A DNA stretch of 64,000 nt from Opitutales bacterium (GTDB lineage Bacteria; Verrucomicrobiota; Verrucomicrobiia; Opitutales; JABSRG01), in assembly GCA_049599475.1 (NCBI GenBank), contig JBMYOQ010000015.1:13649-77648 (forward strand). Direction: 5' to 3'. Shown here piece by piece: positions 50,181-60,945 of this stretch. Positions within the stretch are counted from its first letter, which is position 1. The number at the start of each line of letters is the position of its first letter. The notes beneath the pieces were generated by a model, which was not told the DNA's origin, did no database searches, and saw only the letters and a list, made by a program, of their open reading frames with translations. The position numbers and the translations under genes were made by a program.

Positions 50181-51101
50181 GTGAAGAATTGTCTTCAGTA
50201 TCTACTGTTTATTACCTGGATGTCGTGCGTTGCTCTCTCGGCGGCCCAACTTGATACCCTTTTGGAGCGATCCCCATTTCTTCCCAATGGAACTGTTCCT
50301 GCGAATAAAGGTAGAGATGAGCGGCCTAAAAACGGCACCAAACCACTTTCTGAACGTTTTGAGGTCAGAGGGGTGTTTACTCAATCTGGTAAACAAATGA
50401 TATCGGTTTGGCTGAAGGAGGAGAAACGGGCTATGTGGGTTCCAGCAGGTGAAGAGGTCTACCCTGGATTTCCCGTTTTTAGTAAATTTGATACGGCTGA
50501 TCGGTCATTTTGGGTGAATGAAGATGGGCGCCGTGAGAAGTTGGCGCTTGCTGAGGCAGATTTTACGAAAGCGCGTAGCCTGGGTGCGGGGGCAGCTTCC
50601 TTTGTATCCGGATCGACCCCAAAAATAGGGAATAAACGGTCGGTTGCCTCGGTGGCTCAACGGCAGTCTGGAGTTTCATCCAACTTAAGAACGCCGACGA
50701 AACGTAACGCGTCTACTGCACGGCCAGTTTCACGTCCTCGACAGCCGAGGGTGACTGGTAGGCAGCCAGGCGCTGTGAGTACTCCGCGCGCTCCTCCTCC
50801 GTCATTTGTTGGAGGACGGCCCTTTGTTCGCGCAACAACTCCGACGGTGGGTTCGAATACGCAGGCGAATAACAACAATTCTACAACCAACCCAAATACG
50901 TCACAAAACGGTAACACTTCTACAGGCACTCAAGACCCGGGCTCGAGTGACGCATCAAACAACCAATCTCCTGAAGTTCAACGACCCGGAGGAGCGCCTC
51001 CAGATGCCCCTACGAGCGCACCTCCGCAAAATATTCCTCAGTTGCCTCCAGGGTTTGATCTTGAGCAATATCTCCGAGATCGAGCGAATGGTGGTGGATA
51101 A
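50181..51101 (+). CDS. Exported protein with GspC/PilP-like beta domain and Pro/Asn/Thr-rich tail
   Basis: Signal peptide, RSPFLP, FEVRGVF..ISVW..W; low-complexity C-terminus. Confidence 0.55.
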   Translation: MKNCLQYLLFITWMSCVALSAAQLDTLLERSPFLPNGTVPANKGRDERPKNGTKPLSERFEVRGVFTQSGKQMISVWLKEEKRAMWVPAGEEVYPGFPVFSKFDTADRSFWVNEDGRREKLALAEADFTKARSLGAGAASFVSGSTPKIGNKRSVASVAQRQSGVSSNLRTPTKRNASTARPVSRPRQPRVTGRQPGAVSTPRAPPPSFVGGRPFVRATTPTVGSNTQANNNNSTTNPNTSQNGNTSTGTQDPGSSDASNNQSPEVQRPGGAPPDAPTSAPPQNIPQLPPGFDLEQYLRDRANGGG

Positions 51102-51248
51102 GGCTTGTCGAGTTAACCTCACTGTTACGTTTTTGACAACTTTAGAGATCAAAATGTAACAAAGTGAAAGCTCTGTGAAGCGGGTACTAAAGGGTTGCTT
51201 ACATCGCTTCAAAAGGGATGTTCGGCTGTTTTCTTACAGCCACCCTAT

Positions 51249-54206
51249 ATGAAGCATATTCCCAACTGGCTAACTGCCTGTCTTTATATTTTCTTTATAA
51301 CCCTTGATCTATCTGCTCAGGAAACAGCAGTGCCAACGGGGTCTTTTTCGGGACTCGTTGTCGATGTCGAGACCGGAGTGCCTCTGATTGGAGCCTCGGT
51401 TGAAGTCTTAGATACTGAGCTCACTTCGGCGACTGATTTGGATGGACGCTTCAGTATTCAAGGCATTCCTGTCGGGAACGTAAACGTTGTTTTCTCACGT
51501 AACGGTTATGAGAAAATCCAAGTCGATAATGTGGTAATTACCGAAGAGGAGCCTGCGACCCTTGAGCTAGGACTACCGCGCCAGGTGTCGCGTACTCAAG
51601 AACTGGAAGCCGAGGGAGTCGTCGAACTTGAAGCCTTCGTCGTCGAATTTGAAGAGGTGAAATCCCAGAATATGGCATTACTCTTGGATCGGCAGAAGTC
51701 AGCCAGCGTCAGTGATGCGATTGGCTCCGATTTTCTTTCAAATTTGGGTCTTGGTGATGCTGCGGAAGCGATGACGAAGATTACCGGTGCTTCGGTTCAG
51801 GATGGGAAATATGTTGTTATCCGCGGTTTGGGGGATCGCTACTCGAATACACTTTTAAACGGAAATTCGGTCCCGAGTTCGGATCCTGATCGTCGGGCCG
51901 TTCAGATGGACCAATTTCCTAGCGACCTGCTCGATAGTATTGTGACTTCGAAGTCGTTTACGCCCGATCAGCCAGGCGCCTTCTCCGGGGGCTCAGTAAA
52001 TATCAAAACCAGGGACTTCCCCGAGGCCTGGTTCCTAAAGCTTTCGGGATCTATCGGTTTCAATACACAGACGACTGGAGAAGATATTCTCGTTGTTCCT
52101 GGAGGCGATCGCGACTTCCTCGCAATGGATGATGGCACTCGTGAATTGCCATCAGGTCTTCCCGAAGAAATTCCTTCGGCTTCAGCAGCAAGGTTGGCTG
52201 CGCGCAATGGAGACTTTGGACCTGCGGAGGAATTGGATGCTGCGATCAACGCATTCAATAACGAAACCTATTTCCCTTCGAACAAGTCTGCTGCTCCAAA
52301 AATGGGCTTCTCTGTCGCTCTCGGTGATCGTATCGATTTAGAAAATGATAAGCTCTTTGGCTACATCATGAGCCTGACTTACGACTCGAGTTCGTCCTTC
52401 TATGATGATGGGAGTGTCAATCGATTTAATACAGCCGACACCGCAGGAACGGACGTCGAGTATAACCGGATTTATTCCACAGACCTGTCCCTCTACAGCG
52501 ATTCGTTTGTTGAGGGTGTCGAGAACCTCGCTGACTCTGAGCTAGGTCCACAGAAACTAGGGTCTACTAAGTCTACACAGTCTGTGGCATGGGGCGCCTT
52601 TACTAAACTCGCGTTTCGCCCATCTGCGAATCACAAGATGTCCGTCGATATCTTCCATAACCAAAGTGCCGATGATACGGTGCAGCGAGGTATTGGTGAG
52701 GACCCGAATGATGCTACGGGCGACCTGAACGTCGTCTACGACCTCCTTTACACCGAAAGATCTCTTTCTGCTATACAGTTCGCAAGCGAATCTAAGCTGG
52801 GCGATGAAGAGCAGTGGACTATGGAATGGCGCGCGTCTCGCTCGCGAAGCACTCAAGAGCAGCCAGATTATAGAACTTTCGGGTATCGCTACGATTTGCA
52901 GTCACAGAGCTTCGAGCCGCGTGCGGGAGCAAACTCTTCCCGTGATTTCCGCGACTTGACTGATCGGAATTCGGAACTTGCTGTAGATCTTACTTATGAT
53001 CTTGCGGAATTTAAAGGCCGTGACGTGACCTTGAAAATGGGTGCGGCTTACACGGGAGGTGACCGTAACCGCGAAGAGACCGGTTTCCGTCTGACGCGCT
53101 CACCGACAACGGTCGAAGTTCTCGAGAATTACCCGAACCCTGTGGGAATCGAGGAGCGCACAGAAAACTCAGTGACGTTCGCCAACACGATCACACGAAA
53201 AGCTGATCTGAATACCTACACGGGTGAACAAGCATTCCGCGCAGTGTATGGAATGGTGGATACGCCGATTACTGAAAAGTTGAGAATGGTAGCCGGTGCT
53301 CGCTATGAGACTACGGATATGACCACTACGCCGGTCGACTTAGATTCTGACGAGGGCCTTATCGATGCATCAAATTTCTTGCCAGCGGCGAGCTTTGTTT
53401 ACGCCTTGTCTGACAATCAAAATATCCGTCTAGCGTATGGTAAGACGATAGCACGTCCTACTTACAAGGAACTCGCGGACATCCGTATCAGCGATAATTT
53501 TACTGGCCAGGTATATAATGGTAATCCTGATCTTAATCTCACCGTAATTGATAATTTCGATCTGCGCTGGGAATGGTTCCCTCGCGATGGTGAGATCGTC
53601 GCAGCTAGCTTCTTTTATAAGGAGATGAAGGATCCTATCGAAGTTGTGCTGGATCAGACCGGTGCGATCACGCCTCAAAATGTAGCGGAAGGAACAGTAC
53701 AAGGTATCGAATTTGAATTCAGAAAACAGCTGGACTTTATCAGTGATAGCTTAGCGAATTTCAGCTTCGGAACCAATTTCGCATACATTGAATCTGAAGT
53801 CACAATCCCTGATGCAGAGCTAGAAATCTTGAGACTTGCGGATCCTAATTTCTCCGACACGCGTGATCTCGTCGGGCAGTCTGAATACACATTCAATGTC
53901 GATACGACATATAACAATCCAGACTGGGGTTTCACCGCGACGATTGCGTTCAATATGGTGGGTGAAAGTCTGGATGTAGTAACTTCAGGGGTACTGCCTG
54001 ATATTTACGAACAGCCTGCACCTAGCCTAGACTTTATTGCATCAAAGAGTTTTGGCGAGAATTGGAGCGTCAAATTCAAGGCTCAAAACCTACTCGATCC
54101 AGAATATGAGAAGACCGTCGATACTTCAGAAGGCGGCGAGATCATTTACGAATCGTACACCCGAGGTCTGAGCTTCTCCCTCGGAGTATCATACTCCTTC
54201 GAGTAA
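51249..54206 (+). CDS. TonB-dependent receptor with N-terminal carboxypeptidase-regulatory-like domain
   Basis: GLVVDVETGVPLIGASV, IRGLGDRYS, KSFTPD, GNPDL..NFDLRWEWF, C-terminal GVSYSF. Confidence 0.93.
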   Translation: MKHIPNWLTACLYIFFITLDLSAQETAVPTGSFSGLVVDVETGVPLIGASVEVLDTELTSATDLDGRFSIQGIPVGNVNVVFSRNGYEKIQVDNVVITEEEPATLELGLPRQVSRTQELEAEGVVELEAFVVEFEEVKSQNMALLLDRQKSASVSDAIGSDFLSNLGLGDAAEAMTKITGASVQDGKYVVIRGLGDRYSNTLLNGNSVPSSDPDRRAVQMDQFPSDLLDSIVTSKSFTPDQPGAFSGGSVNIKTRDFPEAWFLKLSGSIGFNTQTTGEDILVVPGGDRDFLAMDDGTRELPSGLPEEIPSASAARLAARNGDFGPAEELDAAINAFNNETYFPSNKSAAPKMGFSVALGDRIDLENDKLFGYIMSLTYDSSSSFYDDGSVNRFNTADTAGTDVEYNRIYSTDLSLYSDSFVEGVENLADSELGPQKLGSTKSTQSVAWGAFTKLAFRPSANHKMSVDIFHNQSADDTVQRGIGEDPNDATGDLNVVYDLLYTERSLSAIQFASESKLGDEEQWTMEWRASRSRSTQEQPDYRTFGYRYDLQSQSFEPRAGANSSRDFRDLTDRNSELAVDLTYDLAEFKGRDVTLKMGAAYTGGDRNREETGFRLTRSPTTVEVLENYPNPVGIEERTENSVTFANTITRKADLNTYTGEQAFRAVYGMVDTPITEKLRMVAGARYETTDMTTTPVDLDSDEGLIDASNFLPAASFVYALSDNQNIRLAYGKTIARPTYKELADIRISDNFTGQVYNGNPDLNLTVIDNFDLRWEWFPRDGEIVAASFFYKEMKDPIEVVLDQTGAITPQNVAEGTVQGIEFEFRKQLDFISDSLANFSFGTNFAYIESEVTIPDAELEILRLADPNFSDTRDLVGQSEYTFNVDTTYNNPDWGFTATIAFNMVGESLDVVTSGVLPDIYEQPAPSLDFIASKSFGENWSVKFKAQNLLDPEYEKTVDTSEGGEIIYESYTRGLSFSLGVSYSFE

Positions 54207-54237
54207 TACCTTTCTTATCCATATACCTATAAAGAAA

Positions 54238-55992
54238 ATGAAATCCTCAATCCTAACACTCGCTACGGTGGCTGCGCTTTCTTCAGCAACCACTTTTGCA
54301 GAAGAGATTACAGTCTCGGCTAATATCACAACAGATACTACCTGGACTTCTGATAACACATACGTGCTCGATGGGCAGATCTTCGTGACTGAAGACGCTA
54401 TCCTCACAATCGAGCCTGGAACAGTCATCTACGGTGCTGAGACAGACCCTGCGTCTGCGCTTGTGATCACCGTTGGATCACAGATCATGGCAGAAGGCAC
54501 CGCCTCTCAGCCTATCATTATGACATCTATCCTCGCTCAGTCTGGCGATCTGACTGCTGATGACACCGCTCTATGGGGTGGCCTCGTTGTATTGGGAGAC
54601 GCGGTAATCAACTCTCGTGCCGACAAGGGTGCGGTAGGTGATCCTGCTCAAGACCAAATCGAAGGTTTCTCAGGTGCTGGTATCACTGAACTCATCACTT
54701 TTGGTGGTACTGATGATGCAGACAACTCTGGTGTTATCAAATACCTCTCTCTCCGCCACGCTGGTAGCGTCATCGGTGGTGACAACGAAATCAACGGTCT
54801 TACTCTCGGTGGTGTTGGTTCCGGAACAACAATCGAATACGTAGAAGTCTTTGCTAACAAAGACGACGCGATCGAATTCTTCGGTGGAACTGTTTCTGTA
54901 AAATACTTCGTTAACGCTTTCGGTTACGATGACGGTGTCGACTACGACCAAGGCTGGCGCGGTAACATGCAGTATGTTTTCCAAATCCAACGCGTGAACG
55001 ACGACACTTCTGTTGACGACAAGGGTGACAAGGGCGGTGAGCACGACGGCTCAACTTCTCCTGCAGATGCTACACCTCTCGGTGGTGGTAAGATCGCTAA
55101 CGCGACATACATCGGCCTCGGAGCAGAAGGTGACAACACAGCTCTTAACATTCGCGACAACGCGGGTGCTGAATACTACAACTCAATTTTCACAGACTAC
55201 GAGCTGTTGACCAAGATCGAGTCTGACAACCAAACCGCCGTTGATGCAGACCGCCTCGTATTCGACGGCAACATTTGGTTCTCCAAGGTTTCTGCCAACA
55301 ACACATTGACTGGCATCCAAGACCTCTCAGACGACAACATCGACATCTCTTCAGTAATCACTGCAGGATCTAACGACATCGTTGACCCAGAGCTCGTTGC
55401 TATCTCACGTGAGACTGACGGAACTCTCGACCCTCGCCCAGCTGACGGTAGCCCAGCGGCTTACGGTGCGGTTGCTGTTCCTTCTGACAGCTTCTTCGAG
55501 CAAACAGGATTCCGTGGTGCTTTCTCTCCGGACTCACTCTGGATCAAGGGATGGACCGCTCTTGACGAGTATGGATATCTCGCGGATGTAGCATCTTCTG
55601 ATGCTGAGACTGTGCTTGTTGCTCTTTCTGGTCGCTTCACTGTTGAAGCTGGCGAAGGTGAAACCATCGTTGGTTTGATCCTCGAAGACGCAGCAACTCT
55701 CGCGATTGCAGCTAAGGGTGAATCTATCGCTGAGTCTGTATCTAACCCATTGGCAGATCCAGAGATCACCGTTGTTCAACTCGTTGACGATGCATTTGTC
55801 GAAGTAACTACAGGTATCGATGAAAGCGCAACATTCCCAAGTGACATCGCTCCTTTGGAATCTGCTACAAATGATGAAGCCATCGTTATCAGCCTCTCTG
55901 CTGGTGTATACGGCATCCGCGTATCAAGCGGTGATGGAACAGCCGGTATCGCACTCGTTGAGGCATACGACGTGACTTACTTCAACGACTAA
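54238..55992 (+). CDS. Acidic exported beta-helix-like protein with C-terminal verrucomicrobial surface domain
   Basis: Signal peptide; WGGLVVLG, NEINGLTLGGVG, DDAIEFFGG, DDGVDYDQG; C-terminal VALSGR..LADP..GVYGIRV..ALVEAYD. Confidence 0.75.
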   Translation: MKSSILTLATVAALSSATTFAEEITVSANITTDTTWTSDNTYVLDGQIFVTEDAILTIEPGTVIYGAETDPASALVITVGSQIMAEGTASQPIIMTSILAQSGDLTADDTALWGGLVVLGDAVINSRADKGAVGDPAQDQIEGFSGAGITELITFGGTDDADNSGVIKYLSLRHAGSVIGGDNEINGLTLGGVGSGTTIEYVEVFANKDDAIEFFGGTVSVKYFVNAFGYDDGVDYDQGWRGNMQYVFQIQRVNDDTSVDDKGDKGGEHDGSTSPADATPLGGGKIANATYIGLGAEGDNTALNIRDNAGAEYYNSIFTDYELLTKIESDNQTAVDADRLVFDGNIWFSKVSANNTLTGIQDLSDDNIDISSVITAGSNDIVDPELVAISRETDGTLDPRPADGSPAAYGAVAVPSDSFFEQTGFRGAFSPDSLWIKGWTALDEYGYLADVASSDAETVLVALSGRFTVEAGEGETIVGLILEDAATLAIAAKGESIAESVSNPLADPEITVVQLVDDAFVEVTTGIDESATFPSDIAPLESATNDEAIVISLSAGVYGIRVSSGDGTAGIALVEAYDVTYFND

Positions 55993-56017
55993 TCGGTTTT
56001 AGAAACCTGTTAATTTT

Positions 56018-56054
56018 AGAGACCCCCGGCCGAATGGTTTGGGGGTTTCTTTTT
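56018..56054 (+). terminator. Rho-independent terminator
   Basis: AGAGACCCCC..GGGGGTTTCT-TTTT. Confidence 0.8.
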
Positions 56055-56071
56055 GTACATACTTCTGTAAG

Positions 56072-56461
56072 ATGACTTTTTCGATGCTAAGGCGAATCAT
56101 CATATTCTTCCTAGTGCTAACCTGCGGGTATGGTGCGGAGAAAATACCTATTAGACTCACTGCGATCGTAGCTGTGGGTGACCAGGTGATGTGTTCGATC
56201 CTGAATCAACAGACGAAGAAGAGACACTGGCTTAAGGAGAAAGAGATGATTCCTGGTTTGGAAGATGTCTTAGTCTGGCGTATCCATCCGAAGAAAGAAT
56301 GGGTGGAGATCAAAAAGGAGGATAACTCTTATCCATTCGCTCTTACGGGAATGCTAATCAATAACCAGCCCATGGTGATCTCTGTTGAGGATTCTGGCCT
56401 ATCAAACATGGTGCGTATTCACCAAGAGCGTCAGAAGCGTCGAGAGACTGGGAAGAAATAA
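56072..56461 (+). CDS. Small exported protein, GspC/PilP-like
   Basis: Signal-like N-terminus; IRLTAIV..MCSIL..KRHWL, resembling the 50181 domain. Confidence 0.5.
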   Translation: MTFSMLRRIIIFFLVLTCGYGAEKIPIRLTAIVAVGDQVMCSILNQQTKKRHWLKEKEMIPGLEDVLVWRIHPKKEWVEIKKEDNSYPFALTGMLINNQPMVISVEDSGLSNMVRIHQERQKRRETGKK

Positions 56462-56465
56462 GAGA

Positions 56466-57176
56466 ATGGGAGAAATACTGGAGCGTGTCAGTCCGGACAG
56501 TCCGGACCTGAATTTCGAAAACCACTGCAAGGTGTATCGATTCTTCGCGAATTGTATTACAGGAGGGGCAGTGTTGGATGTTGGAAGTGGGAATGGTTAC
56601 GGTGCTGAGATTCTGGCTTCCTCCGATTTGGAATCATATGTGGGCGTCGATTATTCGGAAGACTCGGTCGCTTATGCACGGGAAAATTATGGCGAGAAGG
56701 GCACTTTTCAGCAAATGGATGCTCATGCGCTGGAGTTCCAGGATCAGCGGTTTGATTGGGTTATCTCATCGGAAAACCTTGAACACTTAGCAGATCCACG
56801 AAAAGCGCTTTTAGAGAAAGCACGGGTGCTGAAGCCAAGTGGGTTTGCACTAATTGGTACTCCTAATAAGGAGATGTTTTCAGCGGGTGAGCAAGGAAGC
56901 CCCAACCCCTTCCATGTAGATGAGTTTTACTACACACAGCTGCTAGATTTGGTTTTGGGCGCTTTTCAGAAAGTGTTGATTTTTGAAAACACACTTGAGC
57001 CTGAAAGTATAATCGGGAAACAGATGTTGAACGAGCGATTGGCTTCGGGAAAACATGGCGTCGTCCATAATTCGTCAACTTCAGTGCATTTTATGGGAAG
57101 AGCGTGGAATCTTTCGTCTCTCGAGAATACGCATTCATTTATGGTGATAGCCGGAGATCCCCGGCCATCGCTGTAG
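56466..57176 (+). CDS. Class I SAM-dependent methyltransferase
   Basis: H..YRF, VLDVGSGNGYG, LEHL..RVLKPSG..GTPN, NPFHV. Confidence 0.88.
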   Translation: MGEILERVSPDSPDLNFENHCKVYRFFANCITGGAVLDVGSGNGYGAEILASSDLESYVGVDYSEDSVAYARENYGEKGTFQQMDAHALEFQDQRFDWVISSENLEHLADPRKALLEKARVLKPSGFALIGTPNKEMFSAGEQGSPNPFHVDEFYYTQLLDLVLGAFQKVLIFENTLEPESIIGKQMLNERLASGKHGVVHNSSTSVHFMGRAWNLSSLENTHSFMVIAGDPRPSL

Positions 57177-59453
57177 GTTGTTTTCCTCATTCGCTGCAAC
57201 GAACTGTTTGCGATGAGGTGAGACGAAGTGGGTTCTGAAACGGATAGTCTTTTCTCCGCTGTCACCCATTGAAAATAGGCCTCGAAACTTCGAACAAGTA
57301 ACTTTCTCAGGCAACCAGGCGAAAAACTTTCCGCCTGCTTGAACGTTCAACGAAATAGATTGCAGAGATACATTGTCTGTACCATCGCAATACATCTTCC
57401 AAGATCGGCCCTTAAAGGCGGCTAGTGAAATGTCTAAGATGTCGGGGTTAGTGGGTAATCTCAGATTCATGAAGTAGCCTTCATGATCCTTGTTAATCGA
57501 ATCTGATGCATTTTCGGCCAACCCCCGAGTATTCAATGAGAATGCGTTTATATAAGATTTCGAATCCTCTTCGTAAATGTGAGGGGCCACGAATGCAACG
57601 TGGTCTTGAGATAAAAAGCCGCAAAGGTTTTTCTTTGTCTTTTCGTTGAGGTCTATTGTGCTTGGACAAAGAAGAATGGTGGAATCCGAGTGATTATTAG
57701 AGACCTCACTGATTCTGGAGCGGATATAATCCGGACCGCCTATCAAGTGATGGGTGTTGCCTGTTTCTTCAATAGATTTAGCTGACGGGTCTAATGTGTA
57801 GAAGATAGATATCAGTCCCTCGGGCAATTCCTCAAATTGGCGTTCCGCATATCCGTCTTTTGACAGCCTGATTCTTGGTGATCCTTGATGGTGCTTTTCG
57901 ATACAGTGTAATGTGTTTTCTGAAACATAGGGTTTCACGCCTATGTCTGCTGCTGTGGAGCCTTCATGGCTTCGCCAGTGATATAAAACGTAAGGCACGT
58001 GGACGACCCGATCGAATCCGAAATTTTTCACCAATCGTAAGAAAAACTCCCAGTCTTGGCATCCCTTAAATGTATTATCAAATCCTCCAATTTGGATCGC
58101 CTCACTTTTATTAAAACAGCTCAAGTGATTGAAGTAGTTTTGGGATAAGAGCAGCTCGGGTTGGACGCCAGGTTTGTGGTATGTCTGAAATGAAGTATTC
58201 CCGGATAAATCCGTCTTATCTTCATCACTATAGAGTAGGCCAACATTCGGGTGGGCTTCCACGTATTCGGATAAAACGGACAATGCGTCTGCGGCGAGTA
58301 AGTCATCTTGGTCCAGTATGCAGCACCAGTCATTCTTCGCTGCATAGAGGGCTGTATTCAGGGCTTCCGCTATATGTTTATTGCTGTCGTGCTTTAAAAT
58401 ACGGATACGAGAATCTAATTTCGATATCTCTTCGATGGCTGGAATGTATTCATCTCCGCTTCCGTCATCGACAAGAATCCATTCCCAGTTGGTATACGTT
58501 TGTTCGAGCACGCTCCTCGCCGCAGCTTTTAGGAGGTCGGCGCGAGGTTGATAAACCGGCGTAAAAATTGAAAATGCTATTTCTTGTTTTAACGTTTTGG
58601 TCGGGTTGTTCCCTGCCGGTTGAGCCTTTTTCAGTTCTTTGTTCGCACTTAGGAACTCGTCGCGTTTTTCCTTGAAGCTGTCCTCCAATTTAAATGGAAG
58701 AGCTACACTTTCTGTGTGTTTAATGCGCTCTGGATGACTCGCGTGTAAAGAGGCCCATTCAGAATAGCGTGATTCGTAGTGCGCTCTCCATAAGTCAGGT
58801 TTCTTGCGGGTTTTCTTTAGAAATGAGGAGGTGAAATTTTTAGACGGTGTCTTTTCCAAACATGCTAAGCCAAATGAGTGGTAGAACTCTATGCTCGGAA
58901 ACTCTTTCTTACGTTCGTCAAAAAACGCATGTACCTCATATTCGCCACCGATGACTCGAGTATCATGGATAAGGATAATGCCGTTTGGTTTTACTTTATT
59001 GAAAAATAAATCCCAATCATGGGAAACTGCGGAGTAGGTATGCCAGCCATCAATATGTAAGATGTCGATGGATTGGTCTTGGAAGGAGTTTACTTGGTTT
59101 TCGAATCTATCTCGAATTACTTGGGTATTTTCGAATTCGTATTTAAATATATCGGACAATACAGATTCATATAGATGTATTGAAGATGTTCCGGCATGAG
59201 GGTCGCCTTCCCAGGAATCGATTCCAGTGATTGTGCATTGTGGGTTCCAGCGCTTACAAGCGTCCGACATCGCAAGCAGAGATTCTCCGCGATCGACGCC
59301 GAGTTCTAATATCGTACTTGGGCGAAGGTTGTAGATTAGATCATAGATGAACGGCAGGTGTCCGGCCCAGGCTCCCGAGCCGAGAAGAGGTGGGCATATG
59401 TCGGACGCGTTCGAAGGAAGTTGTCGCCAGGGCTTCGAAGAAAATGGATTCAT
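57135..59453 (-). CDS. Methyltransferase-GT2 glycosyltransferase fusion
   Basis: N-terminal ELGVDRGES, LHIDGWHTY; GT2 PVY..SVLEQTYTNWE..VDDGS, LDQDD, YSDEDK, QDWE; degenerate third domain. Confidence 0.88.
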   Translation of the reverse strand: MNPFSSKPWRQLPSNASDICPPLLGSGAWAGHLPFIYDLIYNLRPSTILELGVDRGESLLAMSDACKRWNPQCTITGIDSWEGDPHAGTSSIHLYESVLSDIFKYEFENTQVIRDRFENQVNSFQDQSIDILHIDGWHTYSAVSHDWDLFFNKVKPNGIILIHDTRVIGGEYEVHAFFDERKKEFPSIEFYHSFGLACLEKTPSKNFTSSFLKKTRKKPDLWRAHYESRYSEWASLHASHPERIKHTESVALPFKLEDSFKEKRDEFLSANKELKKAQPAGNNPTKTLKQEIAFSIFTPVYQPRADLLKAAARSVLEQTYTNWEWILVDDGSGDEYIPAIEEISKLDSRIRILKHDSNKHIAEALNTALYAAKNDWCCILDQDDLLAADALSVLSEYVEAHPNVGLLYSDEDKTDLSGNTSFQTYHKPGVQPELLLSQNYFNHLSCFNKSEAIQIGGFDNTFKGCQDWEFFLRLVKNFGFDRVVHVPYVLYHWRSHEGSTAADIGVKPYVSENTLHCIEKHHQGSPRIRLSKDGYAERQFEELPEGLISIFYTLDPSAKSIEETGNTHHLIGGPDYIRSRISEVSNNHSDSTILLCPSTIDLNEKTKKNLCGFLSQDHVAFVAPHIYEEDSKSYINAFSLNTRGLAENASDSINKDHEGYFMNLRLPTNPDILDISLAAFKGRSWKMYCDGTDNVSLQSISLNVQAGGKFFAWLPEKVTCSKFRGLFSMGDSGEKTIRFRTHFVSPHRKQFVAANEENNLQRWPGISGYHHK

Positions 59454-60874
59454 GCCTGTTTTGATGCCACTAGGCTACTTACCGAAATCTTCTGCATAGG
59501 GATGCCTACGAGACCCGTGCTCATGCTGTCGGAGGTAGAGCAGAATGAAATCGCGTCGTGAACCCAATGGTGTTGGATATGCTTTCGCTCATCTCCGTTG
59601 GCGATCGCACACGTGATTGTGTAATCGCCTTTGGGTAAGATCGGCATGTAGAAGCTAAAGTTAGCAACCAGGGTGTCTTCGGCATTTGCACGATGACCGT
59701 TCTCCATTTTCGAAGTTAGATAAGTATTGTCTCCAAAAATTTCTAGCCCGACATCGTTACGTATCAGAAATCCTATGATGGGCGAGTCGAGTTGCTGGAA
59801 GCAGGCTACGTGTATTTCTAAATGAACGAGTTCACCACCGGTTATCCAAGAAAGAGGATTTCCATTGTCATGTTTGAAAAATACAGAACGTATCTCAGCG
59901 CCTCCTGTCCCGAAGCCATTCAATGTGCTGCTTGCGAAAGGCTCGATTTTTAGATCATTACGCAAAGTGCTGTTTTTCAAAAGTTCATTGCGTGGGTCGA
60001 TGGGGGACGCTTGTCGAGCCGCCAAGAGTGTAGTCGGGTCTTTGTAGCTGCGCCGATGTATTTCTATGGACTCTTCGGTGACATCACTGTCTGCATTGTG
60101 CCTCTCGTTGTTTCGTGTGAACAGGGCTTCAATGTATGCTTCGGTGACCGTGTTGGATTCTCCTTCCATTCTTATATCTCCGTCTTCAAGCCAGATTGCA
60201 CGGTCGCAGTAAGAGCGTACTGTAGCAGTCTCGTGAGATACGAATAAGAGAATTCCTGATTCTCGAAAGTTGTTGATAAAGCGTAGGCACTTCTGAACAA
60301 ATTGGGCATCCCCTACGGCGAGAGCCTCGTCTACGATTAAGATTTCTGGGTCGGAGTGTGCGATGACTGCAAAAGCAAGACGGACGAGCATCCCGCTGCT
60401 GTATGTCTTGATCGGTTCTTCGAAAAATTTACCGATTTCTGCGAAGGCTTCAATGTCCTGGAGTTTGGACTCTGCAACGGGGCGGTCTATCCCCATCATC
60501 GCTAGCTGCATGATGGCATTTTCTCGACCACTGAAATCGGGATGAAAGCCCACTCCAAGTTCTAAGATCGAAGCGATACGCCCCTTAGTCTCAATGGTTC
60601 CGCGAGTAGGGTTGAGTGTCCCAGTGATAAGTTGGAGTAGGGTGCTTTTTCCTGAACCATTTTTCCCGATAATACCGAGCGCATCACCTCTTGTCAGATC
60701 GAAGCTGATTTCTTTGATTGCTCTGTGGATATGATCGCTCTTTGTCGCCTTGTCTTCTCCTGAAAATGCATTTCGGATTCTCTTGAATAGGTAAGATGAG
60801 GGCGCCTGCTGAATCGGGTAGTCTTTACCGATCCTATTGGCTCTTACGTATATCTCTGGCGCTGCGGGATTCAT
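59450..60874 (-). CDS. wzt: Polysaccharide ABC exporter ATP-binding subunit with Wzt C-terminal domain
   Basis: GKNGSGKST, YSSGM, DEALAVGD, VSH; C-terminal FGTGGAEI.. extension. Confidence 0.9.
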   Translation of the reverse strand: MNPAAPEIYVRANRIGKDYPIQQAPSSYLFKRIRNAFSGEDKATKSDHIHRAIKEISFDLTRGDALGIIGKNGSGKSTLLQLITGTLNPTRGTIETKGRIASILELGVGFHPDFSGRENAIMQLAMMGIDRPVAESKLQDIEAFAEIGKFFEEPIKTYSSGMLVRLAFAVIAHSDPEILIVDEALAVGDAQFVQKCLRFINNFRESGILLFVSHETATVRSYCDRAIWLEDGDIRMEGESNTVTEAYIEALFTRNNERHNADSDVTEESIEIHRRSYKDPTTLLAARQASPIDPRNELLKNSTLRNDLKIEPFASSTLNGFGTGGAEIRSVFFKHDNGNPLSWITGGELVHLEIHVACFQQLDSPIIGFLIRNDVGLEIFGDNTYLTSKMENGHRANAEDTLVANFSFYMPILPKGDYTITCAIANGDERKHIQHHWVHDAISFCSTSDSMSTGLVGIPMQKISVSSLVASKQA

Positions 60875-60945
60875 GTTTGAAATAATCTCATAAGCACAAA
60901 GGTCATTGCATACCACGGTTTTCTTGCTGGTAAAGTATTTCAGAC

